IMG/VR virus record: IMGVR_UViG_3300036851_000400
Location: 4,028 to 68,027 of that record
Strand: one strand, 5' to 3'
Source of the DNA: a virus
DNA: 64,000 bases
Position numbers and translations under genes: made by a program. Positions 39,382 to 49,908 of this stretch are shown in pieces (the first letter of the stretch is position 1; each line of letters begins with the position of its first letter). The notes under the pieces were generated by a model. That model was given only the letters and a program-made list of their open reading frames with translations, searched no databases and was not told the DNA's origin.

Positions 39382-40959
39382 TCACTTCACGAGATAGCTT
39401 CCGGTGATCCAACGGTTGACGGGCGTGGTGCCGGTCGAAATGTGGCCGTGCTCTCCGCGATCATTTGTCGGATCGGCATAGACTGCGCCGGCGACACTGC
39501 CCTGCGAACAGCTCGTGCCTGCGAGATCGTCAATGCTCGCGAAGTTTGAAGCCACCGGTAGCGAAAACCCGACTTGGGTAAAGGTGCTCCCGGCGGTGGG
39601 GTCAATCGTCATGCGGCCCGAGAAATCGACTCGATTTCCGCGGCGACTCCACCACCAAGTCCCGACCGTCGCCGAATCGGCATTGGTCACAAGGAATGTC
39701 GTTGGCGTGTAAGTGCCGCTGTCGCCAGCTTCAATGAGCGCCTTCGAAACAGTAGCTTTGGTCGCGTCATTGATGGTAACAGCGCCGGCGATGTGGCATG
39801 GCACGATCACCGCATCATGCACGGTGCCGTCCACCTTCACGGCTTGCGTCGGACCGCTGAGATCGCTCCCCATCACTCGCACTATGGTGCAAGTGTTCTT
39901 GAGGGAGAGGTCCGCGCAAGCACCGGTATTCGTGAACATCCGGCCGCCCACTACATGAATGCTCGCAACACCGTCGCATTCCAGGGCCGCCTTGGCGCTC
40001 CCGTGAGAGAGCAAGAAGCAGTTGCACAAATCGAAGATGCCGACATTCTTGAGCGTCATCGCGTTGCCACTCAATGGGGAGCCACCATCGTCGATTTCGC
40101 AACTCGTCATGTTGACGTAGAGATTCGTGAGCGACGGAGCTTCAAAGTGAAAGCCGTCCGCGCCGGTACCGTTGAGCGTGATATTCGTAAATTTCGGGCC
40201 CGCGACGACGGCCGTGGTAGTGCGGGTGTAATCGACGATGTGCGAAGTGGCCACTGTCGAAAGAATGTAGCCATGCGAGTAGTTGTTGTCGGAGAACAGT
40301 TCACCAATGATCTTGAGGCCTGTTACTCCGAACTGCCGGAAAAGAAAGCGCGATAAGTAGCCAAGCCGGCATTCTGAAACCGTGAGAGCGACTGAGCCAC
40401 CCTGGATGATTACGTTGTAGATCTCGAATTGCTCCAGATTGCTCAAGCGGAGCACGGCCGTTGAAGTGCCGGCCTGAATGGAAAGATGGCGCAAACCGGA
40501 ACCGATGTTGAGTCCCGATCCCATGGTGCTCTGTGACGAGAGGAGAATCGCCTCTGGATTGGTGATCCCACCGAGGATCAAGCGGGAGGCAAGAGGACCT
40601 GCGCCTTCCAGCACAATCGGAGCTATCACGCCGTTGGCCGGATTGTTCACGAACCCGTCGCCTTCCAGTTTGTAAGCGCCGGAAGGAAAGAAGAGCCGCC
40701 CGCCGCCGACTGCGATTGCCGCATCACGAGCCGCTTTGACGGCCGCTAGATCGTTGGCGATACCGTTGCCAACGGCGTTGAAAGGCGAGGCCTTGACATT
40801 AAAGGACGGACTTCCCAGGAAGGTGCGAATGCCAGCGAGCGTCGTGCGCTCGTTACTGAAGCCAGTCCCCGCCGGCGTCAGGACCGGAACAGCCGTTCCG
40901 TCGACCAACGTCGCAAGCGGATCACTGGAGATCTGCGCGCCGAAAAGATCCTGGGACAA
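39382..40959 (-). CDS. Tailspike/depolymerase (pectate-lyase-like beta-helix)
   Basis: FNVKASPFNAVGNGIANDLAAVKAA...GGRLFFPSGAYKL...LEGAG followed by beta-helix repeats. Confidence 0.8.
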   Translation of the reverse strand: MSQDLFGAQISSDPLATLVDGTAVPVLTPAGTGFSNERTTLAGIRTFLGSPSFNVKASPFNAVGNGIANDLAAVKAARDAAIAVGGGRLFFPSGAYKLEGDGFVNNPANGVIAPIVLEGAGPLASRLILGGITNPEAILLSSQSTMGSGLNIGSGLRHLSIQAGTSTAVLRLSNLEQFEIYNVIIQGGSVALTVSECRLGYLSRFLFRQFGVTGLKIIGELFSDNNYSHGYILSTVATSHIVDYTRTTTAVVAGPKFTNITLNGTGADGFHFEAPSLTNLYVNMTSCEIDDGGSPLSGNAMTLKNVGIFDLCNCFLLSHGSAKAALECDGVASIHVVGGRMFTNTGACADLSLKNTCTIVRVMGSDLSGPTQAVKVDGTVHDAVIVPCHIAGAVTINDATKATVSKALIEAGDSGTYTPTTFLVTNADSATVGTWWWSRRGNRVDFSGRMTIDPTAGSTFTQVGFSLPVASNFASIDDLAGTSCSQGSVAGAVYADPTNDRGEHGHISTGTTPVNRWITGSYLVK

Positions 40960-41337
40960 TCAGGCTCCCTCCCTGAAGAAGAAGCTGCCGTCCTGGCGCA
41001 AGAGATAGCTACCGTCCTCGCGTAAGACCACGCCTACATCCTGATACCAAAGCGCTCCGCCATGCGGCTCCAACCGCTGGCCCGCGTAGGGCGCTGAAGG
41101 AAGCCGAGAGAGCGCCCGGATATCCATGTAGCTCGGCGTCATCCGCGCCCGACGCTCGAACTGGTGCAGATCACAGATGCGAAAGCCGCGCAGGCCTTGG
41201 ACCGGCGACTCCAAAAGGTGCTGATGCCCGACGAGGTTTCCACAGAGATCGCATGTCTCTGGCTGGATATCATCGGGGTTGCGGTGAGATGGTCGAAAGC
41301 CCATCTTCCTCCCCCGCTTAGGTCTCCACCCCGCCAA
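40960..41337 (-). CDS. Hypothetical protein
   Basis: CDLCG...ICD; C-terminal LREDGSYLLRQDG repeat. Confidence 0.5.
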   Translation of the reverse strand: MAGWRPKRGRKMGFRPSHRNPDDIQPETCDLCGNLVGHQHLLESPVQGLRGFRICDLHQFERRARMTPSYMDIRALSRLPSAPYAGQRLEPHGGALWYQDVGVVLREDGSYLLRQDGSFFFREGA

Positions 41338-41450
41338 TTGAAATGAGCGCGATCGTCACCGGCAAGTCGCAAGTCCCGAGCGGATACTCCCGGCCGTCTG
41401 CCTTGCGGAAAAAGGGGGCGGCGGTGACAGTGATCTCGGAGGCCAAGGAG

Positions 41451-41816
41451 TCACCCCGAATAGTTGTCGGTAAATGTTGCCGTGAGGTGCCCGATCCAGT
41501 TTGAGGTCCCGGAGATACCGGCAACGGTGAAGTCCAATGTCGCACCACCAGAGAGCGCGAGCGAACATCCTGGGAGGGTGGGCGATTCGAGCCGCCAGCC
41601 ATCGCTCTCTTCGGCCGGTTGCTTCATGAGGCCAAGGCCGCCGATGCGGCGTTCCTCACCTTGATCGGAAATCGCGTAAGCCTCGAAGCGAGCTGCGCGC
41701 TCGGCCGCGGTGAGGGTCATGCGGCACAACGTCACGCTGCCGTCGCCTACCGTCTGCCCGGAGCCAATCCCCGATGCCTCCGGAAGCCCCGCAGACGCAA
41801 TCATTATCATCCCCAT
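41451..41816 (-). CDS. Hypothetical virion protein
   Basis: GAGGGG RBS; within the operon. Confidence 0.5.
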   Translation of the reverse strand: MGMIMIASAGLPEASGIGSGQTVGDGSVTLCRMTLTAAERAARFEAYAISDQGEERRIGGLGLMKQPAEESDGWRLESPTLPGCSLALSGGATLDFTVAGISGTSNWIGHLTATFTDNYSG

Positions 41817-41829
41817 TGGCTACCCCCTC

Positions 41830-42351
41830 TCACGTGGTTCTGTGTTGATACGTGGATGCGGTTCCAGCTTGTTCGAGTTGCGCTCCCCAGGCCCTGACCG
41901 TTGCCGGTGCGCTAGCGTTTTCGATCAGGAAACATTTCAAGAAGCCGCCGGCCCTCGAAAGGTTAAGGCGAACCTCCTCTCCTCCCGATGCGCCGCGCAG
42001 GTAGACTGAAAAGACGTAGGAAAGTCCATCGAAGGTGCTCGTCACCTCGTAACGCACCCAAGAGGTGGTGAGAATCACCCCGTTGTTGCCGGACACTCCA
42101 GTAGTGGCGGCGGTGCTGCTCACCTGGCTTACGAAGCCGTCCGCGAGGAATGAGATGGTGTCTGCCGTGCTGCCGCTAAGCGGATCTATCGCATTGTCCG
42201 GGGTGATCGCCGAGTCGGTTTGCCAGATGGCGTTATCGAGCTCCTCCGTCCAGAGCAGGAGGTTGGGATTGGTTGTGGGGTCTTGGCCCTCAGCCCCGCT
42301 GGAAACCGAATGCATGGCGATGACCGCGCTACTTACCGGATGACAGCTCAC
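41830..42351 (-). CDS. Head spike/fibre-like domain protein
   Basis: NLLLWTEELDNAIW...YVFSVYLRG...WGAQLEQ. Confidence 0.6.
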   Translation of the reverse strand: MSCHPVSSAVIAMHSVSSGAEGQDPTTNPNLLLWTEELDNAIWQTDSAITPDNAIDPLSGSTADTISFLADGFVSQVSSTAATTGVSGNNGVILTTSWVRYEVTSTFDGLSYVFSVYLRGASGGEEVRLNLSRAGGFLKCFLIENASAPATVRAWGAQLEQAGTASTYQHRTT

Positions 42352-42606
42352 CTACTTGCACCCCACGAGATCCACGCCCCCGGTCGTACCGGTGCTCTTC
42401 GCGCGAGCCCACCGACCTCCGGAGACAAAGGAGTACTGAGCGATTGGGATGGAGACGGTGGTTCCGTCCTGCCAGATGATATTGACGACGCCGCTCGTTC
42501 CGCGATTGGCGAGATGGCGAAACGGCCGACCGTTGACGAGCAAGTTGTCGGCCGAGTCGCTCAGCGTGATGGCGACCGGAGTCCACTGGTCGAGGGTTTC
42601 GATCAC
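42352..42606 (-). CDS. Small spike-base/decoration-like protein
   Basis: PVAITLSDS...R.L...G.V...AKSTGTT. Confidence 0.5.
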   Translation of the reverse strand: MIETLDQWTPVAITLSDSADNLLVNGRPFRHLANRGTSGVVNIIWQDGTTVSIPIAQYSFVSGGRWARAKSTGTTGGVDLVGCK

Positions 42607-42612
42607 GGCCCG

Positions 42613-43593
42613 TTAGACCCCCAGGTAGATCCCTACGGCGTCACCCTGCGCCGCGGCTGCGGTCAGGATGGCGCCGAGGCGAAGATTCTCGCTGTCGGCG
42701 GCGCCGGTCGCGATGGTCGTGGTGCGGTTGGTTTCGAGGTCTCCTGTGTAGACCTCGGTGACGCGCTTGAACGCGCTGTTGAACGTCACCGCCGTCGTCC
42801 CATTGAGGGCTTTCGAGTCGTAGATGACGGTGCCGGCCGAGTTGGTGCCCTGGAGTCCGACCTGCTTCGTCGTGGCGCCAGAGCCGACGCCGGTCGGAGC
42901 CACGTTGTACGCCTGCTGCGAACCTGCCGCCACGGTCTCGACTCCCTTAGACAGGTTGCCGGTCGTGACGGTCGTGATCGTGGCGTCGGCGGACGCCTCG
43001 CGGAAGGTGATGGTGCCGGCGCACAAAGCCGACAGCTTCACGGCCAGGATGATGCCCCAATCCACCTTCACGGTGGCAACGGGCGTCGTGCCGTTGAGGG
43101 CCACGGTCTCGACCACCACCGTGTTGACGCCGTTGGTAGTGCCGATGATGGTCACCGTCTGTGTGGTGTCGCCGGCGTTCGATGACAGCACTTCAACACC
43201 GTCGTTGGCCGGCTGGTTGCCGAACCCCAACCCGTTGCCAGTCGTCTTGATTGTGGTGCCCGCCTGGGAGGGACCGTTGAAGCCGATGATGCGGCCGCTG
43301 TCGCCGGCCTTGAAGCTCGTACCGGGAGTCAAGGCGTCGTCGGCGACGCCGGCCGTAAAGCCGCGAGCGAGCGGCACCCGCTTGCCCGCGACCACGTCCG
43401 GACCGTCGTTGATGCCAATGCACTTCGACTTCGAGTCGTTGGCCGCCGACACCCCGAGGGTGCCGGAGGTATCGAGGGAGCACAGGCGATGAGCCGTGAT
43501 GGTGCTCGCCGCCTTGAGCTGATCGCACCCGCCCTGAAGGTGCGGCAGATAGGTAGAGCCGCGCTTGACTATGCTGAGGTCGTTGAGGGCCAT
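42613..43593 (-). CDS. Capsid cement/decoration protein (DUF2190-like ends, Thr/Gly-rich insert)
   Basis: Directly after the MCP; KAASTITAHR...GDSGRII and LGAILTAAAAQGDAV. Confidence 0.6.
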   Translation of the reverse strand: MALNDLSIVKRGSTYLPHLQGGCDQLKAASTITAHRLCSLDTSGTLGVSAANDSKSKCIGINDGPDVVAGKRVPLARGFTAGVADDALTPGTSFKAGDSGRIIGFNGPSQAGTTIKTTGNGLGFGNQPANDGVEVLSSNAGDTTQTVTIIGTTNGVNTVVVETVALNGTTPVATVKVDWGIILAVKLSALCAGTITFREASADATITTVTTGNLSKGVETVAAGSQQAYNVAPTGVGSGATTKQVGLQGTNSAGTVIYDSKALNGTTAVTFNSAFKRVTEVYTGDLETNRTTTIATGAADSENLRLGAILTAAAAQGDAVGIYLGV

Positions 43594-43607
43594 TAGTTAA
43601 GCACCTC

Positions 43608-44534
43608 CTACGCTCCGCTGTCGCCGAACATGCCCCGGCTCTCGCGAACCCGGATACGGCAGGACATGTAGCTGGTGAAGATCCGGTTGCGCGTGTTCGG
43701 CTCGTAATCCTTGAGCAGGTCCGGGCTGTCGCCGAGGTCCATCGTGATGTCATAGTCGTTCTTGTCGCACAGCAGGAACCAGGCCGTGGTGCTGGTGATG
43801 TACGGCGAGGCCATCACGTCGAGGTTCATGCGACGAGCATTGTTGTACTGCTGGTTGGCGTTGTCCGGGTTGGTGCTGCTCATGATGAGCGTGTTCGCCA
43901 GCCATTCGATCTCGACGGCGACGATGAGCTGCTTCGGCGTCAGATCCTGAGTGAAGATGCCCCGGTGGTTGACGGTCTTCCGCAGCGTCGTGTTGCCGGT
44001 CTCGAGCCCGAGCATGGAAAGGCCTGTCGGCGAGGCGGGGCGGTTCGACCAGGTGCCGCCATCATGCCGAGTATGCGTAGCGGAGAAGAGCGCTTGGTTG
44101 TAGGCGTCGGTGTAGGTGCTGTCGGTGGTGACGAAGCCCGAGTTGAAAACTCCGTAGGCGATGATGTCGTAGCGGGTGTTGGCCGTCTTCGCTAGCTCTC
44201 TGCTGATGCCAGGGAAGACTTCGTACTCGTCCCACCGCATGGCCTCGTACTGGATGACCAGAGCGGCGCCGTACGCTTTGCCGGTGTAGGACTTCTGCGG
44301 ACCGTAGTAGATACGGTCCGTCGGAAATCGGCCGCCGATCTCTTTCTCGCCCATGACGCCGAGACCGCTGGTCGCCATGTCGAACTCGATCCACCGCTTC
44401 ATGTTCTTTTCGCGAAGCCACTTCTTGTAGGTGATGGGCTCTGTCTTGAGCGTGTCGGAGTAGACCTTCTCAAGTCCCAACTCGAAGAGGGCTACCTTCT
44501 CCAGAAATCGGATGACGTTGGTTGGTTCGGCCAT
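43608..44534 (-). CDS. Major capsid protein (Mu gpT-like/HK97 fold)
   Basis: E...SGLG...KEIGG...ALFSATH...PKQLIV...SPYITSTTAWFL...RGMFG. Confidence 0.85.
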   Translation of the reverse strand: MAEPTNVIRFLEKVALFELGLEKVYSDTLKTEPITYKKWLREKNMKRWIEFDMATSGLGVMGEKEIGGRFPTDRIYYGPQKSYTGKAYGAALVIQYEAMRWDEYEVFPGISRELAKTANTRYDIIAYGVFNSGFVTTDSTYTDAYNQALFSATHTRHDGGTWSNRPASPTGLSMLGLETGNTTLRKTVNHRGIFTQDLTPKQLIVAVEIEWLANTLIMSSTNPDNANQQYNNARRMNLDVMASPYITSTTAWFLLCDKNDYDITMDLGDSPDLLKDYEPNTRNRIFTSYMSCRIRVRESRGMFGDSGA

Positions 44535-44543
44535 GGCGATCTC

Positions 44544-45077
44544 CTAAGTCCACCAGCTCTTGCCGGCGATGATGCTGGCGAAGACGCGGGCGTTGGTGTC
44601 GCCCGTGGCCGGGTTGGTTTGGGTGACATTGGGAAGGACGAGATCAGCCCTGAACTGGCTGATCTGGATGGCGACATCAGACGACGTGTCGGCGAAGTAC
44701 CAACCTGGGTTGGTGGCGTTGTCCACTAGCGTCGTGCTCTTCGCGAGGTCGCGCGTCAGCCCCATGTCGGCGGCGGCGAGCACGTTGTCGGCGGCGGCGG
44801 AGCCGAGGAAGTTGGCGCACAACTCCAGCTCCGGCTTGGCGACGATGGTCTTCACGGTCGCGCCGGTCGTGTTCTGGCCGGCGGTAACGCTGATGGCGAA
44901 GATGTCCGCATCGGTGGGGTTCACCCACTCGATGAGGAGACCCGAGGAGAGCTTGAGCGGCGCTCCGGCGGGAAAGGTCTGAGATGCCCCCTCCAGATAG
45001 TCGCGCTCCAGCAGGCTCAGGTACGAGTTGCTGGGCACGATCGGCTTGAGGGGAAACTTGGGCCAGGTGTTTGCCAT
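44544..45077 (-). CDS. Auxiliary capsid/decoration protein
   Basis: EGASQTFPAGAPLKLSSG; located upstream of the MCP. Confidence 0.6.
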   Translation of the reverse strand: MANTWPKFPLKPIVPSNSYLSLLERDYLEGASQTFPAGAPLKLSSGLLIEWVNPTDADIFAISVTAGQNTTGATVKTIVAKPELELCANFLGSAAADNVLAAADMGLTRDLAKSTTLVDNATNPGWYFADTSSDVAIQISQFRADLVLPNVTQTNPATGDTNARVFASIIAGKSWWT

Positions 45078-45095
45078 AGTGGCTTGGTTTCCTTG

Positions 45096-45584
45096 CTAAA
45101 AGCCGCGCACGCTGTCATCAATGCGCACCCGTCCAGCGCCCGGATTCTCCCTGGCGATCTGTTCGTTCATGCGCTCGATGAACGCCTCGCGCTCGGCGTT
45201 GCTATTGTGGATATGGAATTTCTCCCAGGCGGCCGAGTCCGCCGCCTGCCAAGCCTCTTCGGACTGGCAGTAAAGCAGGCAGTCGCCGCGCAGGATGCTT
45301 CCGTCGTCAGCGATGCGCGAGCCGTACTCGCGCAGGGACTTGCGGATGGCCTCACGGACCTCCGGCTTGTCGATGTCCGTCTCGATGTTGACCGGATACC
45401 TGAAGTCGATCGAGGCCTTGGTGACCACGGTGTCGTAGCGAGCACCCCAGGAAACCCGGAGACCCTTGCCCAGGAAGTACTCGACCACCTCGGGCGGAAT
45501 GGAGGTCGTATCTCGGGGGACGGGAATCTCCGTCACCTCGATCTCTTGCTTGCGGATTGCGGCGGCGCGGCTTGGAATGGGCAT
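45096..45584 (-). CDS. Hypothetical head-module protein
   Basis: GAGGAG RBS; LRGDCLLYC. Confidence 0.55.
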   Translation of the reverse strand: MPIPSRAAAIRKQEIEVTEIPVPRDTTSIPPEVVEYFLGKGLRVSWGARYDTVVTKASIDFRYPVNIETDIDKPEVREAIRKSLREYGSRIADDGSILRGDCLLYCQSEEAWQAADSAAWEKFHIHNSNAEREAFIERMNEQIARENPGAGRVRIDDSVRGF

Positions 45585-45598
45585 CGGCGTCTCTCCTC

Positions 45599-46492
45599 TC
45601 AGGCCCGCAGGGGCCGCTCTCTGGCGAGTTCCTTGGTTCGATCCTTGAGACGCGCCAGATCCTCGTCGGAGAACTTGACGCCGAATGTCTTCTCCATCGA
45701 CTCGACATCGCTTGACCGAGCCGGGACTTCGGGCGCCCGACGTCGGTCGCCTTGACCGATCGTCGGCGGCGGAGTCTGCCGCTGGACCGGAACGCCGTTG
45801 TCGCTCCGCACCATCGTGATGGCCATCGTGATGGCCTTGGGATTGAGGGTCATGAGGTCGAAAGCGGTCTTGTCGCCTCGCGCGGCAGTCCACATGGCCT
45901 GCCAGGCGGGCTCAAGGCTGCGGTCAAACTCGGCGTCGTCGAGACCGAGCGTCTGCTTCGCGTGCGTCCTGGCCCGTTCGACGGAGATTCCAGAGAGCTG
46001 CTCCAGCATCGGCTCGGACAGCGCGTTGAGGCGACCTGCCATAGCCAGCGCTCCGCCGTACCGCTTCTCGACCGCCCCGTAGGTGTAGCGGGCGGCGTAG
46101 TCGGCGACGTTGCGAGAGTAGGCTGCGACTTCCCTCATCTTGTTCCAGAGCAGGGCAGGATCGTCCAAGAGGCGCTCGCGCTCCTCCTGGGTGAGATCCG
46201 GCTCTGTCGGGGCTTCGGGAAGCTGCGGCTCGTTGTCGGGCTGCTGCGGCCGGAATCCGCTCAGTAACCGCTCTGCGGCTGCCGCCCGGATGTTGGCTTC
46301 ATTGCCCCAGGCGTGCGTCTGCCTGTATCTCTCGTTGAGCGTCTCGTTTTCCTGGCGCGTCCGCTGGAGATCCGCTTCCAGGGCGGCTAGGCGCTCCTCG
46401 GCGGTCGGCTGCGGTGCAACGGGCGCCTCTTCGGAGGGAAGCCCAGCGCCGGCCTCAGGAGCTTCTACGGCGGTTTCCTCAAGTAGTGCCAT
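45599..46492 (-). CDS. Probable scaffolding protein
   Basis: Acidic N-terminus and coiled coil; lies between portal and MCP. Confidence 0.6.
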   Translation of the reverse strand: MALLEETAVEAPEAGAGLPSEEAPVAPQPTAEERLAALEADLQRTRQENETLNERYRQTHAWGNEANIRAAAAERLLSGFRPQQPDNEPQLPEAPTEPDLTQEERERLLDDPALLWNKMREVAAYSRNVADYAARYTYGAVEKRYGGALAMAGRLNALSEPMLEQLSGISVERARTHAKQTLGLDDAEFDRSLEPAWQAMWTAARGDKTAFDLMTLNPKAITMAITMVRSDNGVPVQRQTPPPTIGQGDRRRAPEVPARSSDVESMEKTFGVKFSDEDLARLKDRTKELARERPLRA

Positions 46493-46543
46493 CGTGCATC
46501 CTCGCGGTATCTCCGCCCGAAGAAGCTCGGGGAAGGAGCCCTG

Positions 46544-46843
46544 CTATCCCAACGGCCGGGGAAGAAGAGGGCTTGAGAAAGTCCCGATCACCCGGCGCCA
46601 TCGGCGTTTTGGTTCCTGCGCAGGCACCGGCTCCGGCGGTCTCTCGACCGTCTGCCGCAGCCATGCGTAGGCGTTCAACTCGGCTTTGATCGCCGCGACC
46701 TCGACCGGCTCAGTCACCTGCGGGTCGCGGAGTTTTTTTTCCAAGGCCTCGATCCGTTCCCGGATCGGTCCTTCGCCCCAGACCAGGAGGAAGTCCGGGT
46801 TCGCCGCGAGGCGCTGGTACAGCTCACGCCACGGCGTTTCCAT
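46544..46843 (-). CDS. Small protein downstream of the portal
   Basis: GGAGG RBS; overlaps the portal end. Confidence 0.55.
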   Translation of the reverse strand: METPWRELYQRLAANPDFLLVWGEGPIRERIEALEKKLRDPQVTEPVEVAAIKAELNAYAWLRQTVERPPEPVPAQEPKRRWRRVIGTFSSPLLPRPLG

Positions 46844-49034
46844 ATCCTCCCCCTCCGTTGGGCGGCATCTGATCCATGCTCATGCCGCCGCCCATGCCGC
46901 CCACCATGTCCATCATCCCGGCCGGTGGCTGAGTGGCCTGTTCACCGCCCGGCTGCGTCATCTGCATGCCCTGCTGCGCATAGGCGGCGAGCATCTGCTG
47001 CGCCTGCTGAAGCTGCTGCTGGAGCGTACCGTTTTCCTGGGCGAGTCGGTTGATCTGCGCATCCTGCGGCGTCATATCGGGGATTTCGGGGACGAGCCGC
47101 GCCGCCCCCGGCAGCTCCACGAATTCGGCGATTTTCTTGGTGATGTGCGACAGGAAGACGGCGGTCTCGCGGTACCAACGCGGTAGCGCGGCCGGGTTCT
47201 CGGCGGCGAGCACTCTTTCGACGTAAGCCGAGACGACCTTCGAGTGCTCCAGGGCGAAGTTCCACAACAGCATGTACGCCTGCTTGCGCGCCTCGTCGCT
47301 GCTTGCGGCGGAGGGTGCCTGCGCCCGGAAGCGGAACATGCGGGAGATGTTTCCCCGCGGCGGCTGATAGAGGTAGACCTTGAGGCGAGCGGCGGTCTCT
47401 TCGTCCACCTTGCGGTAGTAGATGCCATCCTGCCCGTATTGGACGACCTGCTCCAGGATGTATTCGTAGATGGCCGTCAAGTCCACCCTGAGGTTGGAGT
47501 CGATCTGCTGGAGCTTCTTGTTGCCCTGCTCGATGAGGGCGAGCGTTGAGCCGGTACCGGCGCCCGACTTCATGGTCGGATCGCCCTGGCCGAACATCAC
47601 CGAGGAGAGCCCAGAGGCCGCCGCCGCAGAGGATCGGTTCGCCGCGCGAGAGGTGCCGATCTCGGGGGCCTCGCCGCCAAGCTTGACGGACTTGAAGTCC
47701 TTCTCGACATCGTCCACGACGATCTCGCCGCCCGGGCGCAGATCGTTCGTCTGGGTGTTGTACAGGGAGCCCGCGCGGCGCAGGATCGCCCAATAGGCGC
47801 CGGCCATGAGATTGTCGAGCTCCAGGTTCCACAGCACAGTGTCGGCGCTCTGATTCTGGAAGACTTCGTGGCCGATTCCGAGCGCCCAGGCGAAGTTGTC
47901 GCTCCACTTATAGCGGAGCGGGTGGTACGGGTGCTTCTGGGTATGATTCGCGTTGTAGCCGACCCAAATGCATGTCCGAGTGGGGCGGTGGAAGAGGATC
48001 TGGAACTTGTCCGGTTCGATCTTGCCGGGCAGCGCCATATGGCACCACGCCTCGGCGATCGTCACCGGACGCAGAAGCTTCCTGTCGGGCAGGGATCCGG
48101 CTGCTACGCCGTGGCGCTCAGCCTCCCGGTTTTCTGGAGAATCGCTCTCAGGTGGCGTGCTCTCGATGATCCGCACCACGTCGTCACTGATCTTGTAGGT
48201 CGCTACGAGGGCGCGCCAGGCGGCTGGCGTCAGGGTCTCCTCATGGCCGACGATCTGGTAGCCGCGCTGCCAGTTGGGGATCGTCGGCGGCCACAGGAAA
48301 ACGTTCTGGTTGTCGAGGAGTTTTGCCGTGACATTGCCGATCCGGTCTTCCTTGCGCACTGGCGTCGAGCTGTCGCGAGCCCACTCGTAGCGCACGCGTC
48401 GCTCCTCTTCCCAGCGGAGATAGAAAACGGCGTTCCCCACCTTGGCCGTCCGCAGGAGTGCGGTCGGCAGCAGGTGCTCGAAGTCCATCTCTTCCATCAC
48501 GTATGGGTTGAGGAACGCTTGGGCGTCCTTCGCGAGCTGATCGATGCTCTGTGGCGAGATACCGTAGGAAGCGGCCACGGGGTCCACGACGATCAGCGGA
48601 TCGGCGCCGAGGATATTGGTGGTGAGGCGGGCAGCGGCCTGATCAATCTGGGAGAAACTCAACTCGGAGACCTGCTCGGCCGAGCCCATGCCCGCGCCGC
48701 TTTGCTGGTTATCCGGCCGCTGTAGGTAGCTGTCGCGGATTTCCTGTTCGGTCTCGTCCTTCTCGCGAGCCGCCGAGCGATACTCCTCTACCAAGTCGCA
48801 ACACTCCCTCACCAGGATCTTTTTTTCGTCGTCGGAGAGGTGGATCTCGGAGGGGCTGCCTGAGGCGGAGAGTGGCTGGCCGGGTTTGGTGCCGACTTCC
48901 GGCTGGCGATCCGCGTCGGTCAGATCCTCCAGCAGGGCGAGAACGTCTGTCTGCTCGGCGAGCGAGAGGAGGCCGTCGAAGGCGGCCTGCGGCGGGTTGG
49001 GTGCCGTGGTCAGCGGCTCTGGCACGGCACCCAA
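46824..49034 (-). CDS. Portal protein
   Basis: 736 aa; KVGNAVFYLRW, FAWALGIGHEV, LRPGGEIVV, ASGLSSVMFG...TGSTLALIEQG, Gln/Met-rich tail. Confidence 0.85.
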   Translation of the reverse strand: MGAVPEPLTTAPNPPQAAFDGLLSLAEQTDVLALLEDLTDADRQPEVGTKPGQPLSASGSPSEIHLSDDEKKILVRECCDLVEEYRSAAREKDETEQEIRDSYLQRPDNQQSGAGMGSAEQVSELSFSQIDQAAARLTTNILGADPLIVVDPVAASYGISPQSIDQLAKDAQAFLNPYVMEEMDFEHLLPTALLRTAKVGNAVFYLRWEEERRVRYEWARDSSTPVRKEDRIGNVTAKLLDNQNVFLWPPTIPNWQRGYQIVGHEETLTPAAWRALVATYKISDDVVRIIESTPPESDSPENREAERHGVAAGSLPDRKLLRPVTIAEAWCHMALPGKIEPDKFQILFHRPTRTCIWVGYNANHTQKHPYHPLRYKWSDNFAWALGIGHEVFQNQSADTVLWNLELDNLMAGAYWAILRRAGSLYNTQTNDLRPGGEIVVDDVEKDFKSVKLGGEAPEIGTSRAANRSSAAAASGLSSVMFGQGDPTMKSGAGTGSTLALIEQGNKKLQQIDSNLRVDLTAIYEYILEQVVQYGQDGIYYRKVDEETAARLKVYLYQPPRGNISRMFRFRAQAPSAASSDEARKQAYMLLWNFALEHSKVVSAYVERVLAAENPAALPRWYRETAVFLSHITKKIAEFVELPGAARLVPEIPDMTPQDAQINRLAQENGTLQQQLQQAQQMLAAYAQQGMQMTQPGGEQATQPPAGMMDMVGGMGGGMSMDQMPPNGGGGYGNAVA

Positions 49035-49098
49035 CCCAAGCGTAGAGGACTGAGAGGGACCTTCACAAGTCTTAGAGAATGGGACCGAAACCTTGAGA

Positions 49099-49128
49099 TT
49101 GCAATACTGGCAGCAGTCGTGATATGCT
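49099..49128 (+). promoter_or_regulatory. Sigma70-like promoter (near-leaderless) for the HTH gene
   Basis: TTGCAA-18 nt-TATGCT with extended TGn; ATG 9 nt downstream with no SD. Confidence 0.5.
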
Positions 49129-49137
49129 CAATACAAC

Positions 49138-49476
49138 ATGGCCCCCGACCTCACCGCGGACCCTGCCGTTCGGTCTGTTTCAGATCTCCTGAGGAGCCTT
49201 TGGTGCCCTACCGTCTGGGAAATCCTGCGCCTGGGGGCGGGAAAATCCTGGTATGTGTCGCAGCTTGCAAGAGAGCTGGGGATCACCCAGCCGGCGATGA
49301 CTCGCCATGTCGCGAGGCTGGAATCACTCGGCCTTGGAAAGAAGAGCCAGCGTAAGGATGAGGTCCACTTCCGAACGGATGTGCCGGCCCTGGAGGAACG
49401 TCTGGGAGAGGCGCTCCAGATAGTTCATCCCTGGGGCGTGGAAGGAATAGTCTTTCTGAAGAGGCCGCCGAGGTGA
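49138..49476 (+). CDS. Winged-HTH (ArsR/MarR-like) regulator
   Basis: YVSQLARELGITQPAMTRHVARLESLGL. Confidence 0.8.
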   Translation: MAPDLTADPAVRSVSDLLRSLWCPTVWEILRLGAGKSWYVSQLARELGITQPAMTRHVARLESLGLGKKSQRKDEVHFRTDVPALEERLGEALQIVHPWGVEGIVFLKRPPR

Positions 49477-49674
49477 CCGAGTGAGAAACGAAGGGCAGAC
49501 CCCCTATCCTCCCCGCTCCGGCGGCTACTACCGCATGCCGGATGGAGCGTGGTCTAGTTTCGCTCTCAATCGCTTAGGGGGAGCACCTCGCCGCCGACAA
49601 GCCTACTCCGTTGACCGTCGGCGGCACCAAGACATGAGCCTGCGCATCCGACCAACGCGCCGGAGGATTCACGA

Positions 49675-49908
49675 GTGACCGAGTCCCCGGTGATCATCCT
49701 GGGGCAGGAGCCTCAGGTCTGGGCTTGTCTCGCACACCGGGCCGGCAAGTGGATTCCCCTCACGCCTCGGCACTTCCCGATCGCCTCTTCCCATGACGAG
49801 GTGATCGAGCGGGCGAGGATCAAGGCGAAAATCGACCCCGACTTCGCTCAGCGGTGGAGCGGCTGGCATTTGTGCGCAGCTCGCGTAGATCAGCAGGTGG
49901 ACCTATGA
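49675..49908 (+). CDS. Hypothetical protein
   Basis: GGAGG RBS; GTGA overlap. Confidence 0.45.
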   Translation: MTESPVIILGQEPQVWACLAHRAGKWIPLTPRHFPIASSHDEVIERARIKAKIDPDFAQRWSGWHLCAARVDQQVDL